Shown here: positions 57,200 through 64,000 of the stretch, one piece after another
How positions within the stretch are numbered: the first letter of the stretch is position 1
How the letters are laid out: the number at the start of each line of letters is the position of its first letter
Assembly (NCBI GenBank): GCA_050015075.1
Contig: JBEKCB010000011.1
Span: 36,640-100,639, forward strand
Direction: 5' to 3'
Length of the DNA: 64,000 bases
Source of the DNA: Candidatus Brocadiia bacterium
Lineage (GTDB): Bacteria > Planctomycetota > Brocadiia > CAIUPP01
Program-made: the position numbers and the translations under genes
Notes under the pieces: generated by a model
Database searches by the model: none
Seen by the model: the letters and a program-made list of their open reading frames with translations, nothing else
Told to the model about the DNA's origin: nothing

Positions 57200-58579
57200 T
57201 TACGCAAGGGCTTCCGGCTTTTCGAGGAGTTCCTTCACGCGCTTGAGGAACCTGGCGGCGATGGCGCCGTCCACGGCGCGGTGGTCGGCGCTGAGGGTGC
57301 AGGACATCATCGAGCGAACCTGGATGCCGCCGGCGATGACGACGGGCTTCTGCGCGATCCGGCCGACGCCGAGGATCGCGCTCTCGCCCGGGTTGATGAC
57401 CGGGATGAAGTTGTCCACGTCGAACATCCCCAGGTTGCTGATGGTGAGACAGCCGCCTTCGTATTCGTCCGGCAGCAGGCGCTTGGAGCGCGCCTTTTCG
57501 ATCATCTGAGCGGAAGTCCGCGCGGTCGCGGCCAGGTCGAGCTGGTCGGCGTTCCGGATGACCGGCACGATCAGCCCCTCGTCGAGCGCGACCGCCAGCC
57601 CGATGTTGATCTCGGCGCGCACGCGGATGTGGTCGCCGCCCCAGATCACGTTCATCATCGGATTTTCGCCGAGCGACTTCGCGCAGGCGCGGATCAGCAG
57701 GTCGTGGAATCCGACGCGCGTCTTTCCTCCCGCCTTCGCTGAAGCTTCCGCGGGCGAGTCCGCGTTGAGCTTCGCGCGGAGGGCCGCCGCGGCGGTCATG
57801 TCCACCTCCATCGTCAGATAGAAGTGGGGCGCTTCCCGCTTGGATTTCGCCATTCGTTCCGCGACGATCCGGCGCATGGGCGTGAGTTCGACGCGCCGCT
57901 CGCGCGCGGCCGCCGGGCGCGCCGGCGCCGCCTGGGCGGCCAGCACGTCTTCTTTCGAGATTTTTCCGCCGGGCCCGGTTCCGCGCAGCGCCGTCAGGTC
58001 AATGCCGCGCTCGCAGGCGATCTCGATCGCAGTCGGCGTCGCGCGGACCTGTTCTCTACGCTCGAGATACGCCGACACGTCCTTCTCGACGATGCGGCCG
58101 CCGGGCCCGCTCCCGCGGAGGATCTGGAGCGGCACGCGCGCCTCCCTGGCGCGCATGCGCGCGCGAGGGGAGACGAGGATTCGGCCGGACGGACCGGGAA
58201 TCGCCTCGACTTCGGCCTCGACTCCGGCAGACGCAGCGACCGACGCGCCTTCCAAGGCCGGCTTCGCGGCCGACGCCTCGGCGGCTTTTTCGCCGCGCGC
58301 GGCGGCCAGGAGTTCCGCGAGGTTGTCCGGCAGCGCGTCGGCCGGCTCGCCGGCGAGCGCGATGACGGTGTTGACCGGCAGGGTGACTTTCTCCGGCGCG
58401 AGGATCTTCTTCAGGGTGCCGACGATGGAGGATTCGACCTCGAGCGTGGCCTTGTCGGTGGTGATCTCGAGGATCACGTCGCCTTTCCGGATCGGGTCGC
58501 CTTCGGCCTTGCGCCATTTCTCGACGGAGGCCTCGGTCATCGTCTCGCCGAGCTTCGGCAGGAGGATCTGTTGAATCAT
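57200..58579 (-). CDS. Dihydrolipoamide acyltransferase (E2) of a 2-oxoacid (pyruvate) dehydrogenase complex
   Basis: Lipoyl domain (…ITTDKATLEVES…), E3-binding domain, catalytic domain ending …DHRAVDGA…. Confidence 0.9.
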   Translation of the reverse strand: MIQQILLPKLGETMTEASVEKWRKAEGDPIRKGDVILEITTDKATLEVESSIVGTLKKILAPEKVTLPVNTVIALAGEPADALPDNLAELLAAARGEKAAEASAAKPALEGASVAASAGVEAEVEAIPGPSGRILVSPRARMRAREARVPLQILRGSGPGGRIVEKDVSAYLERREQVRATPTAIEIACERGIDLTALRGTGPGGKISKEDVLAAQAAPARPAAARERRVELTPMRRIVAERMAKSKREAPHFYLTMEVDMTAAAALRAKLNADSPAEASAKAGGKTRVGFHDLLIRACAKSLGENPMMNVIWGGDHIRVRAEINIGLAVALDEGLIVPVIRNADQLDLAATARTSAQMIEKARSKRLLPDEYEGGCLTISNLGMFDVDNFIPVINPGESAILGVGRIAQKPVVIAGGIQVRSMMSCTLSADHRAVDGAIAARFLKRVKELLEKPEALA

Positions 58580-58615
58580 GGCGGCATCTCTTCCTTCATC
58601 GTTGCGGGCCGGGCG

Positions 58616-59590
58616 CTACTTCAGGGTTTCGCGGATCGCCTTCTCGATCGCCGCCTCGTTGGGAATCGCGGCGTCTTCGAGAGGAGGACTCATCGGGACG
58701 GGCACGTTCGCCGCGCAGAGGCGGGCGATCGGCGCGTCGAGGTAATCGAAGGCGTGCTCGTTGACGCGGAAAGCGATCTCGCTGACGGCATTGTTCTCGG
58801 TGCACCCTTCGGAGACGAGGAGCAGCCGGCCGGTCTTCTTGACGGACTGAAGCAGGCAGCGCAGGTCGAGCGGCCGGAGACAGCGCAGGTCAATCATCTC
58901 CGCGTCCACGCCCTGGCCGGCGAGTTTCTGGCAGACCGCGTTGCAGCGCAGCGCCATCCGGGAATAGCTGGCGACGGTGATCTGCTTTCCTTCGCGCCGG
59001 ATGGCCGCCTGGCCGAGGGGCAGAACGTAATCGCCGTCGGGCACCTCGCCCTTCGTGCCGTACAGCATCTTGTGCTCGATGAAGAGGACCGGGTCGTTCG
59101 AGCGGATGGCGGCCTTGAGCAGGCCCTTTGCGTCGTAGGGAGTGGACGGGCAGACGATCAGGATTCCGGGCACGTGCAGGAACCACGCCTCGAGGCTCTG
59201 CGAGTGCTGCGCGGCGATGCTGCGGCCGGCGCCGCCTTCCGTGCGCAGGACCATCGGCACGCAGGTCTTGCCGCCGAACATGTAGCGGTTCTTGGCGCCC
59301 TGGTTGCAGAACTGGTCCATGGCGATGGTCATGAAATCCATGTACATGATCTCGGCGACGGGCCGGTAGCCGCACATGGCCGCGCCGACGGCAGCGCCGG
59401 CGATGGCCGCCTCGGAGATGGCGGAATCGCGCACGCGCTCCGCGCCGAATTCCTCGTACAGCCCGCGGGTGGCGCCGTAAGCCCCGCCGTAGATCGCCAC
59501 GTCCTCGCCGATGATGAACACGCGCGGATCGCGGATCATCTCCTCGCGCAACGCGTCACGGACCGCCTGCCAGTAACAAATCTCAGCCAT
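58616..59590 (-). CDS. pdhB: Pyruvate dehydrogenase E1 component beta subunit
   Basis: Transketolase-like pyrimidine-binding and C-terminal domains (…VFIIGEDVAIYGGAYGAT…). Confidence 0.9.
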   Translation of the reverse strand: MAEICYWQAVRDALREEMIRDPRVFIIGEDVAIYGGAYGATRGLYEEFGAERVRDSAISEAAIAGAAVGAAMCGYRPVAEIMYMDFMTIAMDQFCNQGAKNRYMFGGKTCVPMVLRTEGGAGRSIAAQHSQSLEAWFLHVPGILIVCPSTPYDAKGLLKAAIRSNDPVLFIEHKMLYGTKGEVPDGDYVLPLGQAAIRREGKQITVASYSRMALRCNAVCQKLAGQGVDAEMIDLRCLRPLDLRCLLQSVKKTGRLLLVSEGCTENNAVSEIAFRVNEHAFDYLDAPIARLCAANVPVPMSPPLEDAAIPNEAAIEKAIRETLK

Positions 59591-59629
59591 GTCTTGTTTC
59601 CAGATTCAGGTCTCTTGAAGTCATTGGTT

Positions 59630-60688
59630 TCAGTGTGCCGGACTGTACGGTTCCAGGCCGTATTTCCCCTCGATCCACTCCGCGTAAACGTCCTCGAGCA
59701 GCGTGCTCGGATCCGGGTACGGGCTCTGGTTGAGCGCGAAATCCTCCGCCTCGGCCAGTTCCCGGTCCACGTCCTTCTGGAGCGCCGCGACTTCGGCCTC
59801 GGTCAGCGCACCCTGGGAGATGACGTGCTGCGAAAAGAGCGTGATCGGATCGCGGTCATGCCAGTACTGCTCCTCTTCCTTTGTGCGGTACTTGCGCGGA
59901 TCGCTGCGAGAATGGCCGCGATAACGATAGGTCTTGCACTCGACCAGCATCGGGCCGCCGCCGGTGCGGGCGGCCGCCACGGCCTTTTCGACCGCGGCCT
60001 TGACCTCGAGGACCTTCTGCCCGTCAATCGTCACGCCGGGCATGTTGTAGGAAGAGGCACGGACGGAGATGTCCTGCACGGCGCAGGCGCGCGCGGTGGA
60101 GACGGACATGCCGTAAAGGTTGTTCTCGCAGACGTAGATGACCGGCAACTTCCAGACGCCGGCCATGTTCAGGGACTCGTGGAACGTGCCGTTGTTCGAG
60201 GCGCCGTCGCCGAAGAAGCAGAGGACCACCTGCCCCTTGCCGTTGAGCTTGCAGGCGAGCGCGGCGCCGGTGGCGACGGGGATGTTGCCGCCGACGATGC
60301 CGGTCGCGCCGAGGTTCCCGGCCTTCACGTCGGCAATGTGCATCGAGCCGCCTTTGCCCTTACAGTAGCCGGTGGCCTTGCCGCAGAGTTCGGCGAGCAT
60401 GTACTTGAGCTCGCCGCCGCGCGCAACGCAATGGCCGTGGCCGCGGTGCGTGCTGGTGATGTAGTCCTCCGGCCCGATGGCCGCGCACGCGCCGACGCCG
60501 ACGGCTTCCTCGCCGGCGTAGACGTGCGACGCGCCCTTGAGGACGTCGCGCCCGAGCAGGTCGAAGACCTTCTCCTCGAAGGCGCGGATCATCATCATCT
60601 TGCGAAGGTAATTCGTCCATTCCGCTTTGTGCGGATGCTCTTTAGCCGCCTGCTTGCTCATTGGAATCCTCGTACCGGGTTCCGTCAC
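59630..60688 (-). CDS. pdhA: Pyruvate dehydrogenase E1 component alpha subunit (TPP-binding)
   Basis: TPP motif GDGASNNG…N and phosphorylation-loop-like region YRYRGHS.SD. Confidence 0.9.
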   Translation of the reverse strand: MTEPGTRIPMSKQAAKEHPHKAEWTNYLRKMMMIRAFEEKVFDLLGRDVLKGASHVYAGEEAVGVGACAAIGPEDYITSTHRGHGHCVARGGELKYMLAELCGKATGYCKGKGGSMHIADVKAGNLGATGIVGGNIPVATGAALACKLNGKGQVVLCFFGDGASNNGTFHESLNMAGVWKLPVIYVCENNLYGMSVSTARACAVQDISVRASSYNMPGVTIDGQKVLEVKAAVEKAVAAARTGGGPMLVECKTYRYRGHSRSDPRKYRTKEEEQYWHDRDPITLFSQHVISQGALTEAEVAALQKDVDRELAEAEDFALNQSPYPDPSTLLEDVYAEWIEGKYGLEPYSPAH

Positions 60689-60825
60689 GCCGGGGATCGG
60701 CGCGAATAAGACGTTTCGGCGCAGCTTATTCCATAGATGCCCGAATCATGTTATCGCAACGCGGCGGACAGGTCAACTGAGTCGGAGTTGCGAAAGTTCC
60801 GCCGCGCCCTGCCGGCGTCGGCGGC

Positions 60826-63800
60826 TCAATTGATCATGTCCAGCCAGTCCGCCGTGATGCCGATGGCGCGGTGGTTCTGCTCGACGCGGCCGCGGACGAG
60901 GTAGGGGCCGTAACTGCGGATGAGATGTCCGAACCGGCGATACGCCTGCGGGAACAGGATGACCTCCATCGTCCCGAAACAATCTTCGAGGGTGAGGAAC
61001 TTCATGTATTGCCGGTCCTTGGTGACCGCGCGGCGCATGGTCACCAGCCAGCCGGCGACGGTGACGCTCCGGCCCACTTTCGCCGGGAGCTGATCGGACC
61101 GCGCCAGGTCGCGCTCGGCCAGCTCCCTGGAGAACATGCGCAGCGGATGGTCGCTGACCGAGAGGCCCAGGGTTTCCTGCTCGAGGCGGATCCGCTCCTC
61201 GACCGGATATTCGGGCAGCGGCGGGACGGTTCCGGGCGGGTCGGGCGCCGGTTCCGGGCCGAAGAGTTCATCGCCCATCGCGCCGGCGAACGATTTGCGG
61301 ATGTCCTTCGAGAGCAGGCGCAGTTCCCAGAGGAGTTGCGGGCGCGTCCGGCCTAAGTTCCCGAGCGCGCCGCAGAGGATCAGGCGCTCCGTCTCGGAAT
61401 CGTTGACCTGCGTGCGGAAATAGAAATCGCGCAGCGAGGCGAACGGCCTCTGCGCCCGCGCGTGCAGGATGGAGTTCAACGCCCGCTGCGAGATGCCCTT
61501 GACCTGCGCCAGCCCGATGCGGATGCAGCCGGTATTTCTATCGCGCTCGTCGTCGCTCGCCGTGAGCAGAGCCGGACGATCCGCGCATTGCCGTTCTGAG
61601 TCGTTTCGCACGACCACGGCCGAGGACGAGGACGACGACGAGGACGACGACGAGGACGAGTACGATTCCCCGGCGCTGGCGCGGTGCTCGAGGCCGCTCA
61701 GGTTGACGTCCGGCAGAAGGATCCGCACGCCCCAGCGGCGCGCCTCTTCGAGGTATTCGCGCGTCTCGTAGAATCCGCCATGGTTCGCCATGACCGCGCA
61801 GAGGAACTCGGCCGGGTAGTGCGCCTTCAGATACGCCGCCTGGTACGAGATGGCGCCGTACGTCACCGCGTGCGCCTTGCAATAGGAATAGCCGGCGAAG
61901 TTCTGGATCAGCCCCCAGATTTCCACGGCCGTCTCGGGCCGGACGCCGCGCCCGACTGCGCCGCGCAGGAAGCGCTCCTGCAGCGCCGCGATCCGCTCGG
62001 GCGAGCGCTTCTTCGAGATCGCCTGCCGCAGCGTGTCGCCGTCCTCGAGCGTGAACCCGGCGATCACCGCCGCCACCTTGAGGATGTCCTCCTGGAAGAG
62101 CATCACGCCGTGGGTGTCGGCGAGGACTTTCTCCAGGCGCGGATCGAGATACGCCGCCGGCTCTTCGCCCAGGCGGCGGCGGACGAAGCGCTCCTTCATG
62201 CCGCTGCCGGACGGGCCGGGCCGGATGAGCGAAAGCGCGTGGATCACGTCGAGCCGGCTCTCGGCACGGATCATCTGCAGCAGGCTGCGCATACCGGGCG
62301 ACTCGATCTGGAAGCAGCCGATCGTCCGCCCCGCGCGCAGCAAGGCGGCGGTCTCGCGGTCGCCGTCGGGGATCTGCGCGAGGGCGACGGCGTCGCCGCG
62401 GTTGCGCTTCACGGCGACGACGGTATCGGCGATGAGCGAGAGCGAGCGATGGCCGAGCAGGTCAATCTTCACCAGGCCGACCGCCTCGACGGCGTTCATC
62501 TCGAATTGCGTGATGACGATCCCCTTCGTCGCGCGCTCGAGCGGCAGGTAGTCGGTCAGCGGCCGGTCGCCGATGACGATGCCGCCGATGTGGATGCTCA
62601 GGTGGCGCGGGAACCCGTCGAGCGCCTCGGCGCGCGCGACGATGGTGCGGTACGGCTCGCGGTCGAGCGGGAAATCGCGCGCCTCGGGGAAGAGCGCCTT
62701 CGCGTCGCGGATGCTCTCGGCCGAGTAATGCGGCAGCATCGCGGAGAGGCGGTTGATCTCCTCCATCGGCAGCCCGAAGACGCGCGCCACGTCGCGGAAC
62801 GCCGACCGCGCCTGGTAGGTATTGTGGTTGCTGACCATCGCCACACGTTCTGCGCCGTGGCGCTCGTAGACGTAGCGGAGCACCTCGTCGCGCCGCCGCC
62901 AGCAGAGATCGAGGTCAATGTCCGGGCAATCGGTGCGCGAGCGGTTGAGGAAGCGCTCGAAATAGAGGTCGTGCGCGAGCGGGTCGGCGCTGGTGATGCC
63001 CAGGCAATACGCCACGAGGCTGTTCGCGGCCGATCCGCGGCCGACGATGGGAATTCCCTTCCGGAGCGCGAAATTTACGATGTCCCACACGATGAGGAAA
63101 TACTCGGAGAAGTGCAGGTCGTCAATGACCGCCAGTTCGTAATCCAGCCGCCGGGCGACCTCCGGCGCTGGAGCGTCATGCGCCGAACGCGGCGCACTCT
63201 CAGGATAGCGCTCGCGCATCCCGCGGAGCGCCAGCTTCCGGAGCGCGGTGCGCGGCGATTCGCCGGCCAGTTCGGGAGGAATCTCCTTGAGCGAGAAAAA
63301 TTTCGGGAAGATCGGCTTGCCGGTTTCAAGCTGCAGGTTGCACGCGTCGGCGATCCGGCGCGTATTGGCGATGGCCTCGCGGCCGAGCGCGCTGCCGGCG
63401 AACCGGCTGATCATCTCGTCGGCGCTCTTGAGCCAGGCGTCCGGCGGCGCCACCTCGTCCGGGCCGACCTCGGAGAGCAGCTTGTTCTTCCGGATCGCCG
63501 TCAGCAGGCGGTGCATCTCGCGTCCGCCCATTCGATTGAACTCAGGGCGGCCCTGAGCAAGGTCGAATGGGCCGCCGGGCGAGACGAAGTGGACGTTGTT
63601 CGTCGCGACGGGCGGCGCGCCCTCGAACCGCGGCTGGGCCGGATCGGCAAAATACCGGATTTCATGAAAGAGCCGGCCGCCCTCGATCGCGCCGGCCAGC
63701 CGTCGAAGCAGGGCGGCATCGGGCGTCAGGATGAAGAGCCCTTCCTGGTGCCGGACCAGCGCATCGGCGAGCGAAAAATTCTCGTCGAGCTGCCGCGCGG

Positions 63801-64000
63801 TGATCACGCGGCAGAGATTGGCGTACCCTTCGCGGTCGCGCGCCAGGCAGACCGCGCCGCCGGAAGCGCACTCGATCTCCGCTCCCAGGATCGGCTTGAT
63901 GCCGATCTCGCGCGCCTTCGACAGGAACAGCATGGCGCCATAGAGCCCGTTCGTGTCGGTGATCGCGAGCGTATCGAATCCCAGCTCGCGCGCCTGCCCG
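60826..64000 (-). CDS. dnaE: DNA polymerase III alpha subunit DnaE (N-terminal PHP region continues beyond the window end), with a lineage-specific Ser-rich insertion
   Basis: Colinear with DnaE (…GIKPILGAE…, PHP, palm/fingers, HhH IRIGLAQVKGI, OB). Reading upstream of M63933 continues in frame (…LAITDTNGLYGAM…) with no stop before 64000. Confidence 0.9.
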   Translation of the reverse strand, partial: GQARELGFDTLAITDTNGLYGAMLFLSKAREIGIKPILGAEIECASGGAVCLARDREGYANLCRVITARQLDENFSLADALVRHQEGLFILTPDAALLRRLAGAIEGGRLFHEIRYFADPAQPRFEGAPPVATNNVHFVSPGGPFDLAQGRPEFNRMGGREMHRLLTAIRKNKLLSEVGPDEVAPPDAWLKSADEMISRFAGSALGREAIANTRRIADACNLQLETGKPIFPKFFSLKEIPPELAGESPRTALRKLALRGMRERYPESAPRSAHDAPAPEVARRLDYELAVIDDLHFSEYFLIVWDIVNFALRKGIPIVGRGSAANSLVAYCLGITSADPLAHDLYFERFLNRSRTDCPDIDLDLCWRRRDEVLRYVYERHGAERVAMVSNHNTYQARSAFRDVARVFGLPMEEINRLSAMLPHYSAESIRDAKALFPEARDFPLDREPYRTIVARAEALDGFPRHLSIHIGGIVIGDRPLTDYLPLERATKGIVITQFEMNAVEAVGLVKIDLLGHRSLSLIADTVVAVKRNRGDAVALAQIPDGDRETAALLRAGRTIGCFQIESPGMRSLLQMIRAESRLDVIHALSLIRPGPSGSGMKERFVRRRLGEEPAAYLDPRLEKVLADTHGVMLFQEDILKVAAVIAGFTLEDGDTLRQAISKKRSPERIAALQERFLRGAVGRGVRPETAVEIWGLIQNFAGYSYCKAHAVTYGAISYQAAYLKAHYPAEFLCAVMANHGGFYETREYLEEARRWGVRILLPDVNLSGLEHRASAGESYSSSSSSSSSSSSSAVVVRNDSERQCADRPALLTASDDERDRNTGCIRIGLAQVKGISQRALNSILHARAQRPFASLRDFYFRTQVNDSETERLILCGALGNLGRTRPQLLWELRLLSKDIRKSFAGAMGDELFGPEPAPDPPGTVPPLPEYPVEERIRLEQETLGLSVSDHPLRMFSRELAERDLARSDQLPAKVGRSVTVAGWLVTMRRAVTKDRQYMKFLTLEDCFGTMEVILFPQAYRRFGHLIRSYGPYLVRGRVEQNHRAIGITADWLDMIN
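61606..61672. repeat. Family C half-copy embedded in frame in dnaE (encodes SSSSSSSSSSSSS)
   Basis: ggccgaggacgaggacgacgacgaggacgacgacgaggacgagtacgat matches the right arm of copies 2 and 3. On the coding (minus) strand it reads …ESYSSSSSSSSSSSSSAVV…. Confidence 0.7.

Overview
This is a GC-rich (about 65-70% GC) bacterial chromosomal segment, all genes and no obvious phage or plasmid modules. Gene content (MoxR/DUF58/BatA-like/DUF4159-like cluster, very large secreted BNR and PA14 proteins, long-type TrpB2) suggests a Planctomycetes/Verrucomicrobia-like or related lineage, though I cannot verify that from sequence alone. The window carries about 55 protein genes, mostly core functions. These include ribD, a pyrB-like ATCase, ruvC, holA, cutA, polX, rny, dnaJ, nadC, dapB, cspA, the pdhA/pdhB/E2 operon and a 3'-truncated dnaE, plus two tRNAs: Ser-GGA on the minus strand and Arg-TCG on the plus strand.

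The most prominent block is a 16.5 kb array of nine co-directional genes (17.2-33.7 kb). It is built around a MoxR AAA+ ATPase, a DUF58 protein and BatA-like/VWA membrane proteins, extended by a 1107-aa membrane protein, a CBM-like secreted protein and a PA14-PKD-TPR protein.

The most unusual sequence-level feature is at least five families of dispersed intergenic palindromic (REP/MITE-like) repeats. Several sit exactly between convergent genes and supply their stop codons. One half-copy lies in frame inside dnaE, where it encodes a poly-serine insertion.

Other points: a low-GC island (38.05-43.95 kb) abutting tRNA-Ser that carries glycan-related enzymes (NeuD-like acetyltransferase, GH20-like hydrolase, esterase, GrpB); a second single-gene low-GC insertion (49.8-50.5 kb); a hicAB toxin-antitoxin pair just downstream of the PDH operon; a perfect sigma70 consensus promoter followed by a roughly 540-nt leader upstream of rny; and a pyrB-like gene with a non-canonical STRTF carbamoyl-phosphate motif next to an orphan GspF/PilC-like gene.

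I found no CRISPR arrays, integrases or transposases. Several very long ORFs in the supplied track are antisense, high-GC frame artefacts and are listed as rejected.
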